A stretch of DNA of 64,000 nucleotides from Octopus sinensis (GCF_006345805.1 NC_043000.1:123876001-123940000); one strand, 5' to 3'. Shown: positions 49,754-62,780, counted from the first letter of the stretch. Program-made: numbers and translations. Notes: a model not told the origin generated them from the letters alone.

Positions 49754-50119
49754 TACCTGCTGTCTTGTTTCATGTGGTGGTGGAATCCGAACGCCCCCGT
49801 CAATGGAAGGTTCTGAATTGTATAAATACGCGGGCGTACCAGAACAGTATCGTATGCACAGCTATATATTACAGAGAGTCGTAGAAGCTTTAGAAGAGAT
49901 ATCGTGGATTACGTGTTGGTGATTTGACAGTTGGTGGCTGAATATACCAGAAGTCTGCAACCGCAATAAAACATCATAGCATTTCACCTCTCGACCATAA
50001 CTGCTACACTCTATCAGTACCACTAAGAATTTTGAGAAAGGCATGATTGTCACACACTAACTTTCTTCCAATAAATCTGATATATTTTGTCCATGTAATT
50101 CAGCCTAAGTGAAGGTTCA

Positions 50120-50256
50120 TGCTTTAGTGGTTAGGGTATTGAGCTCAAGATCGTAAGATTGTGGTTTCGATTCCTGGACCCGGTGATGCGTTGTGTTCTT
50201 GAGCAAAACACTTCATTTCACAATGCACCAGCCCACTCAGCCAGTAAAAATGAGTA
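50120..50256 (+). mobile_element. CORE-like SINE head (H2) interrupted by a DNA transposon
   Basis: GCTTTAGTGGTTAGG, GGTTTCGATTCC, GTGTTCTTGAGCAAAACACTT...AAAATGAGTA. Confidence 0.8.
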
Positions 50257-50767
50257 CCGTAAATCCTCGAGTATAGTCCGCCCTTGAGTATAATACGCAG
50301 GGGATTTTTAAGGGGCTGTACCTCTGAAAAACCTAAACCTTGAGTATAATACGCACCCCTTCTCTAACTTGAGTCAAGGAGGTCTATATAACGTCCTTGG
50401 TTTGTAAAATATATGCAGTAATATCCTTTATTATTATTGTATATATAACATAATGTAAACGTGTATCGTTTTTGTGCATTTTGTTTGCAGAAAATAAAGA
50501 AATAACAGTAATAACGTTTAATAAATGTTGCTTACTGCAAGTTATGGATGATTCTTTTATGACTTCATTGCTTTCAGGCTTAGTTTATGGTATTTTCGCG
50601 ACCGACATCATAAAATGCGTCTGAATTAAAATTGCCGGACAGCAAATAGAGACTTGGACATTGCTTAGAAAATATTTTTCATTTTTTACCTCGTATATAG
50701 TACACACTAGGGATTTTGACCTTTAAATTTTGGGGGAAAAATGCGGATTATACTCGAGGATTTACGG
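50257..50767. mobile_element. 511-bp Tc1/pogo-type MITE
   Basis: TIR CCGTAAATCCTCGAGTATA / TATACTCGAGGATTTACGG, TA on both sides. Subterminal repeats TTGAGTATAATACGCA twice. Confidence 0.9.
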
Positions 50768-51302
50768 TAATGCTTCAATGGACCGGCATGCCGTCCAAAG
50801 TGGAATATACACACCAGCAAAACTGGGAAACCAGTCCTATGCTCCTCATGGAGTACTGTGGATCAACCAACTTGGTCATTAATATCCTTTGAGATACTAG
50901 ACTCTTTGTTTTATTGATCTTACAACAAAATAGCAATCTGCTCCCTGCATCCAACACATAAATCTTAAAATCCTTTTTTAATTCCGTATTTTGGTGTCTA
51001 GTTTGATTAAGTGATAATTACCATGTCTCCGAGATAAATCATCGCATGTTCTTGTTTATTCCTAAGTCAGTCTTCATCGAGCAAATCTATGATCAAAAGC
51101 ATTCCAACTGTGACCATCCCGTCTTGTTTTGGGTGTATAGGATTAAGGACTAAATTATTTAATGCATCCTTTATTTGAGATTTCACTGCAATTTCAAACA
51201 GGTTAGACAACCGCGTTCCCTCTCTCTTTCTCCTTCTCTCTCTTTCTCTCTCTCTCTTTCTCTTTCTCTCTCTTTCTCTCTCTCTCTTTCTCTCTCTTTC
51301 TT

Positions 51303-51356
<54 letters not shown>

Positions 51357-51504
51357 TTAGCCGTAGAGTGCTTAACGTCTAAAAGAAATTAAATATTTAG
51401 TTAAATATAAATAAAGATATTACAATTATTAAATAAAACTATATGAAGCCAGATGAATGCTTTTAGTCAATGTGAAAGACAAACAATAGAAAATTTCTAC
51501 TTAC

Positions 51505-51534
51505 TGTCGCTTTCTGGACTGTCTGTTACAACAT
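51505..51534 (-). CDS. Exon 2: 30-nt frame-preserving microexon (DVVTDSPESD)
   Basis: Acceptor tttatttctttcag, donor GACA|gtaagt, phase 1-1, open in the required frame. No transcript evidence. Confidence 0.6.
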
Positions 51535-52404
51535 CTGAAAGAAATAAACGAATTGATTTTCAAACAAAGTTACAGAAAAAATGGTATTTAGATGTTATCA
51601 TCATATTTTGGTCCCAGATCAACCCTCATTGAGAAGACATATGATCAAAGGTATTCTCATCATGAACATCTCGTCTTTTTTATTCAGGCATGATGTATCT
51701 AAAACTACATTTATCCATTGTTGTCCTCGAAAAAATATGTAAGGTGTGATGTGAGGGAAATTTAGTTATTTAATGAAGAAAGGAAAGGTATTTAGTGTCG
51801 GCAGAATCTCCTAGACTAGTGAGGTATGTGATTATTTGCAGACTGAAACAAGTAAAAGAGTAAAGAGTAAAGAGAGATATAAACATGGGATCCAAATATA
51901 AGGTTTCCACATATATTGTGGATCTCCCAAATACTTTTATTCTAGATTTTTTTATGTTGGGTCACTCTATGGTTTATGAACCTGAAAAGCAGTTTGTCGT
52001 AAGAAGTCGTCGAACCACAAATCCAAACAGTGAAATATTTCACATTGAAGCCAAATAAACTCAGTTCTCTTCAAAATTTGATTTTGTTTTTCGGGGAGGG
52101 GGAGTTAATTTTTAGTTTTTGCTGTTGTTTCTTCTTGTTGGTTTTGTGTGTTTTGTTTGCTTTTTAGTTGTTTTTTTTTTCTTCTTCACATTTTTGATTT
52201 GAAAAAAATGTCTTCTGAATGTTTACTGAACTTTTCAGCAGACAGCAACGGAAAGTATTCGCATGACGTCACATTTTTCCCTTTCTCTTTTATCTTTTAT
52301 ACTTTACTCGTTTCAGTCATCGAACTGCAGCTATGCAGAAAGCTTTTAGTCGAACAAATCGCTCCCACAGATTAATTTTCAAGTCTGGTACTTATTCTAA
52401 TACA

Positions 52405-52488
52405 GTTCTATATTTAAGAGGTGAGGAATTATGTACATTATTTACATTATTTACATTTGACAGATATTTATCCTCATCACAACGTTTC
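52405..52488 (-). mobile_element. Isolated 3' tail of the hammerhead-SINE family, truncated at the ribozyme
   Basis: GTTCTATATTTAAGAGGTGAGGAATTATGTACATTATTTACATT...CACAACGTTTC. Confidence 0.8.
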
Positions 52489-52491
52489 ATC

Positions 52492-52663
52492 GATGCGTTG
52501 TGTTCTTGAGCAAAACACTTCATTTCATGTTGTTCCAGTTCACTCAGCTGGCAAAAAGGGGTAACGCTGCGATGGACTGGTGTCCCGTCCAGGTGGGGAA
52601 TTTCTATGCCACTGAAACCGGGAAACCGGCCCTTATGAGCCTGGCATGGCTTGAAAAGGAGCA
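52492..52663 (+). mobile_element. SINE fragment, CORE-like body (H2) plus tail T2
   Basis: GTGTTCTTGAGCAAAACACTT...CACTCAGCTGG, then GCGATGGACTGGTGTCCCGTCCAGG...GAAACCGGGAAACCGG. Confidence 0.8.
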
Positions 52664-52969
52664 TTTTTTAAATATGTGTGTGCGTGCCTGCGTGTGTATG
52701 TATATGTAAGTATGTATTATGTATGTATGTATGTATGTACGTATGTAAGTATGTATGTACGTACGTACGTACGTATGTATGTATGTATGTATGTATGTAT
52801 GTATGTATGTATGTATGTATGTATATGTGTGTATATATGTATGTATCTTTGAATGTATGTATAAGGATGGATGGTGCTGGTGGTATTGTGTGTGCACACT
52901 GTCCTATGCCCCTTGTGTAATAGAAAGCATCATATTCATACTGTGGAAATATATCGCTGATCTGTTTAC

Positions 52970-53306
52970 CTGTTGTTTTGTAGAAATGGACAGAGATTAT
53001 GATAGCTGCAGTCACACAGAGAACGAAAACGAACAGCCAGAACACTGTACAGCAAACTTTCAGCCGGAAGTGAGTTGTTTCATAATCATTGGCAGCTTCG
53101 TTAAAAGAATAGGAACGTGACAAGCGGCCGACTGACTCCCGCGTTAGACTGGCGTCTGGAGGTTCTCTCCAACGCCACATGTCGTATGGAGAAGTCCGAC
53201 TGGGCTGCCAATCAAGAACACTCAAACTGTGTATGGTTGGTGAATAAAATCCCGGATTGCCAACGTCGACATACTTCTTAGATTTGTCGAAAGGAGACAG
53301 AGCCAT
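52970..53306 (-). CDS. Exon 1 (first coding exon found): cytoplasmic tail plus type II transmembrane helix
   Basis: Acceptor tttgtttacttacag directly before ATG (53306), donor CAG|gtaaac, 337 nt, phase 1. Hydrophobic VCCTVFWLFVFVLCVTAAIIISVHF at about residues 84-108, no signal peptide. Confidence 0.82.
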
Positions 53307-53869
53307 CTGTAAGTAAACAAAATAGAAAAGAAAATATTTTACAGATTTCAACACTGAGATTAATTTAATGATCATGAAAGACTCCAACGAAAAATAAGAG
53401 TGGTCGGTCGTTTTTAAATCACTTATCTGTTTTATTGTTAAAAGTTGAAATTGGAACAAGACGGTTCCAAGAAAAGAAAGCGAAATCGGAAAATGAGACT
53501 TATGTTGTAGTCAGCTTCTGTAACAGAATGTTATGTTCATCTTAGCTATTTAGTCAGACAGCTTGTGTGATTGTGTAAATATATATATATATATAAAGAG
53601 GAGAAGAGAGAAGGGGTAAGTTTGTGAATACAAGTGTCCCACATTATAGTTCATTTTTAAGTTGATTGTAGTTTGGTCGTTAGATGTTGCAGATTGTTCC
53701 TTTTGGCAAGCCTGGTTTATGAACAAAACTAATATTAAAGTTATAAGTAACATATAAATATATGCATATATACATACATATATGTACATACCTACATATA
53801 TATGTATATATACATGCATATATGGATACAGGACATAAAAAAAACGTAGAAAAAATGAGAAACGAGGAC

Positions 53870-54200
53870 ATAAAAACAAAAATATAGAAAACGAACTTTT
53901 TTCAAACAACGAAAGAAACAGAGAAACGCGACAGGCAACATAAAAAACATTCCCTTCATCAGTTGTCCCCTGTTTTATCTACTCCATTTTTCGAATATAG
54001 GGACAAGACGCGACTTCATTAAAACAATCCTTCCCGCAAATCAAATTAAATAAAATTTGGGATTTTTTGCGGAGTGTGAAAGTGGTGACAAAAACAGGAC
54101 AGTGAGAACAAAACAGTAAAAACAAACGGTGAGGGCTGTTAAGCCAAGACGATGTGAAATTATGAACGCTGGAAAAACGAGCTATGAGAAGAGACAAATA
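53870..54200. repeat. Dispersed repeat, related to 47160-47530
   Basis: See 47160-47530. Confidence 0.7.
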
Positions 54201-54912
54201 AAAGCACGTCTCGTCTTTAGGAAGGAAGTGGAAGAAAGAAAGATGGATAGCCGTTAGCCTAACTTAACGCATGACTGCGTTCTTCCTCTGTTTCTTCTTT
54301 GTCCCTCCGTCAGTGACCGTGACTATGTCCGATTGACTGTGTCCGCCTGATTGTCTATCTGTTCTTTGCTCGTCTTTTTATAAGCAATGTTTAGCTTAAT
54401 CAAAGCTTAACAGATTTGTAATAAACAACTTCCGATTCGTCTCTATTTTTGCTGACATCAGTTAGTGAAATTTATATGTAGCTGTTAAATGTCTTTGATT
54501 AGTTATTTTCTTATTTCTTTTTTCATGATGTCATCACTCAGTTTTAAAAATCTTGTTTTGTGCTTATTGAAACCTTCTAACTGCAAAGAAAACACTCAGT
54601 GTTCAACCTGCTGCAAATTCATTTTTGTGGGAATGACAGTTTAGTTTTTGTTTTATTTCAGGAGTTTCTAAAGGAAAAGATAACTTGATCTTTTCAATAC
54701 TGGTGCGGTTAGCTACGCATTCAAAATGTTTAAGTCATGTAGTGGTAGCAAAAACGTATTATCCTTATAATACATTAAAGAATTACGAAACAAAAATATC
54801 AAAGAAACCTTAAATATGGAATGTTTTCAAATACGAAACAAGAAATGTTGTAGATCATGCCGTATTTTTAAAAAATAACTTTGTAGCGTACGCTTAGTGA
54901 AATTCTCTCTCC

Positions 54913-54997
<85 letters not shown>

Positions 54998-56095
54998 ATA
55001 TAACATAAATACGGACGTAGCAGATAACAGCTAACCATCGGCCGTTTGAGCCCTGTTGTGTCCACTACTCTTATTGATTGGTATTAGCGCAGTTTGTCTT
55101 TTGCTCTATTAAGCGCCAGTGTGCAGCCCGACCAATCGCATCCTTCTGATAAGGTCCCGTGACACAGTTTTTTTCTAAAGCTCCGTTTGAGCCTGTAATT
55201 TGCTATAAAACACAGCGATTCATCGAATCGAGCGTCTTTGGTTCTAGACCACTGACCACAGAGCACTCAGCCCTGTAGCGTACGCTACAACTTTTTTGTT
55301 GCAGTTACAAGACTAACATTGAAGTCTAGGAACAAAAATTAATATCTACTATTGCGAGGACTTACAAAAAGTTATGTGTGTTATTATCCTAATATGGAAA
55401 AATCAACTACAGCAATTGCAAGAGTCAAATGAAATGGCACAAAAATCATTCGCAAAATTTAATATTTATCATATTCTTCTCTATTCCAACGGAAAAATAA
55501 AAGAAAACATTTCAATAGAAGTTTGACACTTTTTAATACCACCATCCTTAATACCATCAAAAAGTTCACACCAAAATCTATAAAAGAATCTAAGTCTTTA
55601 GACACATCAACAAGAAGTTACTCCTGTCGAACGTCAGTGCAGCTATTCGAAAGAATTGCAATAATCTCTTAAACAGCTACTATTATCGCTCTTACAGGTT
55701 AATATTGATGACCCTTCAGTGAAAGTTATGACATCAAGGGTTACATTTTAAGTCAGCTTTCAGTCGTTTTGTCACGAAATGATAATAGAGGATTGCAGTG
55801 TTTCGTCTAAATGTCAATACCTCTTGATATTTAGCGACAGCCAAATTGTTTAGTCGCTGATATTTGGCAATATCTTATTACATCGTTTAAAGTATTGACC
55901 TTCATTTTCGTAGATTTTTCAGTTATTCACAATTTGGTGTCCTAGGCAGCATTCAACTGGGCTCTGTACTTAACTCCAGCGGGAAAAAATCGTCTATCGT
56001 ATGAAAACAAAATACATTTCCTGACGAAAATCAACTAATTATACGAAACTATAGCATTTACGTTTTGTAATCATCAATTATATGCGTCATGTAAC

Positions 56096-56422
56096 TGGCT
56101 CCCCGTCGGTTATGAGAACGAGTATTCTAGTTAATCCGATCAATAGAACAGCCTGCTCGTGAAATTGACGTGCAAGTGGCTGAGCACTCCACAGATACGT
56201 GTACCTTTCTTAAAGTAGTTCTCTGGGAGATTCTGCTTGACACAGAATGTGACAAGTCTGACCCTTTGAATTACAGGTACAACTCATTTTTGTCAGCTGA
56301 GTGGACTGAAGCAACGTAAAATAAAGTGTCTTTCTCAAGGACCCAACGCGCTGCCAGGAATCGAACTCGTGACCTTACGATCACGAACCAAATATCTTAA
56401 CCGCTAAGCCAGGCGCCTTCAC
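56096..56422 (-). mobile_element. CORE-like SINE (head H2 plus tail T1)
   Basis: Reverse complement of the 36612-36936 type. Confidence 0.82.
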
Positions 56423-56982
56423 TCATGAACACTAAGACACACTAGGCCGGAGCTTAACCCGGTTACTATGGCATTTAAGCGACTGAGATGACATCACTTA
56501 CCGCCTGTGTGTTTCAGGGATAACTTCCCAGCTATTGCTGGAAATCATTTACAGCTGAGAGAATTGGAACAATGTGAAACGAAGCGTTTTGATCGAGAAA
56601 ACAACAAACTGTCCGGTTCTGGAATCGAAACCACAATCTCGAGATTTTGAGTGAGCACCCTAACCGCTAAGCCACGCGCTAAATATAGTTGCGTGATTAA
56701 GGAAGTCGCATCGTAACAATGTGGTTCCCTAGTACTGGGCTTATAATAGTTTTAGGCCAGTCAGTCTTCTGTGTGAATTTTGGTAAAAAGAGATTATGCG
56801 GAGACCCATCGGGCTGTGCGAATGCGTGCGCATGTGTATCTGAGTGTGTGTGTGTGTGTATGTGTGTGTGTTTGCGTGGGAGAGAGAGAGAGAGACAGAG
56901 ACATAGAGAGAGAGAGAGGATGCGTGTATTTGTGCGTGTGTGGGCGTGTGCGTGCGTGTATGCGTATGTGTGTGTGAGAAAG

Positions 56983-57040
<58 letters not shown>

Positions 57041-58120
57041 TGTGTGTATTTTTGCGTACGGCTTGAAAAATTAAATTTCCGCATACATACATACATACAT
57101 ACATACATACATACATACATACATACATACAAGTCGCACAAAAACCTAGAAATATTCAGACTCACGGTGAAAAAGCAAAAAAAAACTGATGCGATTTCTC
57201 CAAAACCAAATTTTTAGTGGCACAGTGAAGGTTTGTAAGACATTCGAAAAATTCTCCATCTGAAACTCTTCATAAGAATAGATACACACATCCAAGTGTG
57301 TGCATCCCCAGCTCAACCAACACATGAACTCAAGCACATATTTGTAAACACCGAGAACTTTTTTTTAACTCAAGAAGTCTTGTCAATTTGTTAGCGACCG
57401 ATTTGAACACTTTCAAGAAGAACTTAAATAAAACTCAAAGAAAAACCATACCTACATATATACGTACATACGTACGCACAAACATACGTATGTATGTATA
57501 TATGTACGTATGTATGTGTGTATATATATATCACCATTGTGTAAATGCGTATATTTCTTGACCTTTGCATGATCTTTAATGGAAAGTTATTCCGCTTCAA
57601 CGAATGAGCTGAGAACGTAAAATATAAATGTTAAAAGTTATTTAATGACTAACGTTCTGTTGTCAGAGCCAGCGCTTTTTACTGCTAAGTTCATTGACCA
57701 GACACATAGATCTGCTCTCACGAAACTATTATTATCTTTAAAATATACAGATCATTTACTTAATTTCTTTCGTTTGAATAAACAGATTCTATTCCTTTTC
57801 CTTCGATCCACCTATTTGATATCTTCGAAGATATTCAATCATACTCAGCGAATTTATATTTGCTTACAGACAAGATTTTAGACAACCAATTTGAAATTAA
57901 TATGCTTGGTAGAACTTATATTTGTATTTCTTTTTAATCGATGATTTAATTGAGAGAGTTTAGGTGAGACAGATTTTCATATCTAATGGGAAAATTCAAC
58001 TTAATACAAGTTCCTAGACAAAAGCATTTTGTTTCAAAAATGTAAATCCTAATTTTCAAATCAACTCTATAAAAAAGAAATATGTTCCGTAAAGCTAAAG
58101 TCGAAGTAAATAATTTTCTA

Positions 58121-58611
58121 TGAGGTTGTCAGTAAAGTTCATGCCGATTTTTAAGGGAAATAAAAAGGCCAGTAAATACTCGCCATTACATTTTTAATCA
58201 ACCAAATATGAACCATTTTGTTGCACAATGCGTCTCCATCTTTCCTTTAACTTGAAAATACCCTCTTCCCAGAATTGAGGTGGTTTCATGGTAAAGAATT
58301 CATCAAGGTATCTTTTTACGTCATCCAAGGAATTGAAATTTTTACCATTAAGACTATTCTGCAGAGACCTGAATAAGTGGAAATCCAAAGGAGCAATATC
58401 TGGTGAATATGGATGTGGGGTAACACATCCCAGCCGAGCTGCAGCAATTTTTGTCTGGTTCCCAAAGCATCAAGTGCTATCTTCCACGAAAAGATAGCTT
58501 AAAATGTGCTCTAAATGAAGGTGTAGTCAAATCCTATTTCATGGACTCAACCATGTTTTAAAATAAGTCAAAAGGTAAGCTACGAATCGGCACGAACTTT
58601 CCGTACAACCT
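58121..58611 (-). mobile_element. Mariner deletion derivative retaining the catalytic C-terminus
   Basis: HPYSPDIAPLDFHLFRSLQNSLNGKNF...FWEEGIFKLKERWRRIVQQNGSY*. TIRs related to 29058-29283. Confidence 0.9.
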
Positions 58612-58724
58612 TTTTTTTTATACTAATCCGGAAATTTGCAAAAAATACTGCTTTCCATTTGAGTTTCATTTTCATTCTCAGACATGATTGAAGTTGCAAT
58701 CATGCATCAAAATTCGTATGTTTA

Positions 58725-58846
58725 TCGTGTGTAGCAAGAAGTTTGCTTCCCAACCACAGGATTCTGGGTTCAGTCCCAGGGAAGTGTCTTCTACTATAGC
58801 CTCGGACCGACCAAAGCATTGTGAGTGGATTTGAAAGAAGCCCATC

Positions 58847-58886
<40 letters not shown>

Positions 58887-59108
58887 CAGTGTGTGTGTGT
58901 CCACCACCACCGCTTGACAACCAATGTTAGTTTGTTTATGTTCCCGTAAATAAAGCGTTTCAGCAAAAGAGACCGATATAATAAGTACTAGGCTTTTAAA
59001 AAGCAGTGGGGTCGATTCGTTTGGCTAAAATCTCTTCAAAGCGGTGCCCCAGCATGGCTGCAGTCTAATGACTGAAACAAGTAAAATTAAAAGATAAAAG
59101 ATAAAAGA
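58725..59108 (+). mobile_element. SINE-A, diverged
   Basis: GGTTCAGTCCC, AAGTGTCTTCTACTATAGCC, (TG)n, GCGGTGCCCCAGCATGGCTGCAGTC tail. Confidence 0.85.
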
Positions 59109-59349
59109 AATGTTACAACCAAAATAAATACTCTGAAACCAGTATTAACTAATTTTAAATAATATTTATGAATTAATTATAAATTTATTTCAGTCAACGA
59201 TTCTAATTGTCGTTGAAAACAGTTTCTTTAGTTTCTCATTCAATGTTTCGAATAGAATATTAAAGCTGTCCACTCAAAGAATACTTGTGATCTATTGCAT
59301 TTTCTTAAAATACCAGACAGTGAAAATTTTAATAATTGCTTTCTTTTAT

Positions 59350-60207
59350 TACAAGTTACATACTCGGTTCTTTTATAAGAAGCAACCACTTGGACGCTTG
59401 CCCAAAAACACTGGAATCCAAGCTAGATGGAGCATAAACTTGAATGTTAAGGGTAGTCTTAAACATATGTTGAACTAATCCCACCAAGAAACAGCAGTAA
59501 GGCGGCGAGCTGGCAGAAACGTTAGCACGCCGGGCGAAATACTTAGCGGTATTTCGTCTGCCGCTACGTTCTGAGTTCAAATTCCGCCGAGGTCGACTTT
59601 GCCTTTCATCCTTTCGGGGTCGATTAAATGAGTACCAGTTACGCACTGGGGTCGATATAATCGACTTAATCCGTTTGTCTGTCCTTGTTTGTCCTCTCTG
59701 TGTTTAGCCCCTTGTGGACAGTAAAGAAATAGGTATTTCGTCTGCCGTTACGTTCTGAGTTCAAATTCCGCCGAGGTCGACTTTGCCTTTCATCCTTTCG
59801 GGGTCGATAAATTAAGTACCAGTTACGCACTGGGGTCGATGTAATCGACTTAATCCATTTGTCTGTCCTTGTTTGTCCCATCTATGTTTTGCCCCTTGTG
59901 GGCAATAAAGAAATAAGAAACAGCAGTATGGAGATCTCCTTTTTGTTTCCACCATTATAAAAGAAAGGCGCTTGCACTTTGCGGACAGTACAGGCGAGTT
60001 AAACAAGAGCTGGCGAGTGACCTACTGCTATGGATGCCAAAGCATGGCTATACTCGAGTAGGTTGTCCGAACACAACGTTTATAGGTCAACTCACCAGAG
60101 ACATTGGATGCGTCTCACAAAGACCTCCCTCAACCAGTGCAGAATCGAGATGGGTGGCATGTGCGGGCTAAGAATTTCCAAGCAAACTCGACCAGATGAT
60201 GATGACT
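59350..60207 (+). mobile_element. RTE-like LINE 3' remnant split by a SINE-B dimer
   Basis: TWTL..TLESKLDGA...MLRVVLN (59385-59475) continues after 59915 as YGDL...IIKERRLHF...ELASDLLLWMPKHG...NRDGW; (GAT)n tail. Confidence 0.75.
59500..59914 (+). mobile_element. SINE-B dimer with 14-bp TSD
   Basis: AAGAAACAGCAGTA at 59486-59499 and 59915-59928 brackets both units. Confidence 0.92.
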
Positions 60208-60924
60208 TACTCCAAAGTAATTAATAAGTAGCTTTCTTTATTATAGTATAGATATATTGTTTTAATGAAAACCTTAACGAGTAGCGCTTAATACAGGGCA
60301 CATATTTTTTCTCCTTAATGGGTTTATGAACTTTGCTGACAGGCACTTCCACACTGATGATATTTATGAAGTCAGAGTTCAGCTTGAATCATTGTAAGTT
60401 AATGTTAGAAAGAAAGGCACTGCGAGGAGAATTGCAGTTCTGATGGGAAATGACTGAATAAATATTTTATGCAGGATATGAGAAATGAAACTCAGTGAAG
60501 ATGATGAAATGGACGAAATTGATCGGCTGGTATGGAGGGTGTATGCTGTAACCGAAATGAATTAAATGGATTCGTTGTAGTAGCAATAGATGAGGAAAAA
60601 AGAGAAAACGGTGAGTTTGTAAGCCAGTGGTTGAAGTGTATTAGTGATTGAATCATTGTTAATCATGAATACAAGCTCGGATGCTTGTATGTGAAGAAAT
60701 AGACCCATCTTAGATGAAAGTTAATTCTCGATATAGGTCTAACTTGAAGTAGTCTTGTTAAGAAATTAAAATCGATCAGGGCAAAAGTATTTCCTGGTAT
60801 TTTAGGCCCAATTGTCTATACAGTTTTTGTTTAGTGGTTGAAACCTCAGATTTTTATTTTATTTTGATTTCCATTTATGGAAAGATTTTACTTTCATTGA
60901 TTTGAATTTCTTGCAAAAATTTTA

Positions 60925-61190
60925 AAACATCGAAGAATGAGGGCTTTCAACATCTTCCACGGGGATGTAAACCTACCATTTGCGGAGTTTTTCACCCCTG
61001 TGCCGGATAGAGGTCTTCGTGGGTATGACCGCAAACTCTATCCCCGACACTTTCGACTCAACAGGCGGAAGGCTGCATTCTCCGTCCGTATTGCAGCCCC
61101 GTGGAACAAGCTACCACAAGATGTCATTCAACTGCCCACCACTCCCCTGTTCAAAGAGGCTCTGGACAACTGTGGCGACGATGTATAAAG
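60925..61190 (+). mobile_element. CR1-like LINE ORF2 C-terminal fragment
   Basis: FF...RGLRGYDRKL...RLNRRKAAFSVRIAAPWNKLP...FKEALD. Confidence 0.75.
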
Positions 61191-61879
61191 CTGTATATAA
61201 CAATAACTGTTTCGTTTTTTGTTGTTTTTTTTACATGGCTTAAGCACATTGTGCTCTTCTCCTGCCAATAAATTTGATTTGATTTGATTTGATTTGATTT
61301 GAAAATATAAAATTAAGTTTCCGTCTCTTGATAACTTCCTTTGCATATCTTTTATCTTTTATTTGTTTCAGTCATTGAACTGCAGCCAGTCTCAAGGGTT
61401 TAGTCGAACAAATCGACCTCAATAGTTATTGTTATAAAGTTTGGTACTTATTCTATTGGTTTCTTTTGCCGAACCACTAAGTTACGCGGACGTAAAGAAA
61501 CTGAAGCGATAGTGGGACAAACACAACGATAAAGCTTTATTCATTTTATAAGAAAACAACTTTTGATCTAATTGGTATAAATTATTCATTACACTGCTAG
61601 AATCATGAGATATTAAGATCCAAGGTCTATTTTTAGGTTAACAATATGAAACTTAAATATTTTTAACCTAAAAAGTGACCTAACAATAGACCTAGGAAAA
61701 TAATATGGCCCCCTCTTCCCTTTCTCCCTAAATGTTAAAATTAACGTGAGCAAGAAATTCCTGGCCCTTTTAGGTACGCATTTCCAGTAAACCATAAATA
61801 CAGGAAGAGTTTTAATTGGCGCTCGATAAAAATATCACAGCTGCTGCCTCAGTATGCAGGACATCGTCACTCACAAGAG

Positions 61880-62249
61880 CCCATTCTCAGTTGTAACTGC
61901 CAAGATCCTGGTTTTCCCACTAGACCAGGCGTGCATGATAAACTCTGTCGACCGTGAGGTATAAGTCACAGCAATGCTTCATAATAATGTAAATAATTAC
62001 ATCAGTTTATGCAAAAGCAATTTTAAAAGACGTTATGCAAACTACCGGTCTTCTTTCTGGCACCGACACAAGTAAAGCCACTAAATTGGCTAGCCATGTA
62101 TGGGGTTTGAAAACCAATCTCACACCACATACAGTCAAGTGGGGGATCGTGGAAAAATCTACGCCTTATAAAAATGGATCTAAGAAATGCAACTTATGGA
62201 TAGCTGAAAGTTTGCCCATTCTTTTTAGATTCAAGTATTCCACCACACA
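61880..62249 (+). mobile_element. Penelope-like GIY-YIG endonuclease remnant (second type)
   Basis: SCNCQ..PLDQAC..., YISLCKSNFKRRYANYRSSF, TKLASHVWGLK...VKWGIVEKSTPYKNGSKKCNLW; frameshifted. Confidence 0.72.
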
Positions 62250-62586
62250 GCAAATCGACCCCAGGACTTATTCTTTGTAAGCCTAGTACTTATTCTTTCG
62301 GTCTTTTTTGTCGAACCGCTAAGTTACGGGGACGTAAACACATCAGCATCGGTTGTCAAGCGATTTTAGGGGGACAAACACAGACACACAAACATATACA
62401 CACATACATATATACATATATATGATGGGCTTCTTTCAGTTTCCGTCTACCAAATCCACTTACAAGGCTTTGATCGGCCCGAGGCTATAGTAGAAGACAC
62501 TTGGCCAAGGTGCAACGCAGTGGGACTGAACCCGGAACCATGTGGTTGGTAAGCAAGCTACTTACCACACAGCCACTCCTACGCCT
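62250..62586 (-). mobile_element. SINE-A, 3'-truncated
   Basis: Reverse complement of consensus up to AGGCGTAGGAGTGGCTGTGTGG. Confidence 0.88.
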
Positions 62587-62780
62587 AGCAATTCTTCAGA
62601 TAGAGAATTAATCTGCAGTATTTTCAACTCTCATATAAAGTATAACATCTACAAATATACTTTTGCTGGTTTTCTGGAACACGAGAGCATTACGTATATC
62701 ATATATAACTATTATCTTTTCTGTATTCTTTTATATAGGTGAGTGTGTGTGTGTTTGTGTCTGTACATACATACATACAT

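Noticed and set aside
55020-55290. Possible promoter or 5' UTR exon (CCAAT-like boxes, palindrome GTAGCGTACGCTAC)
   Set aside because: Motifs are short and there is no strong donor or TSS evidence; cannot be supported from sequence alone.
60230-60900. Possible degenerate retroelement on the minus strand
   Set aside because: No recognisable motif could be read in any frame.
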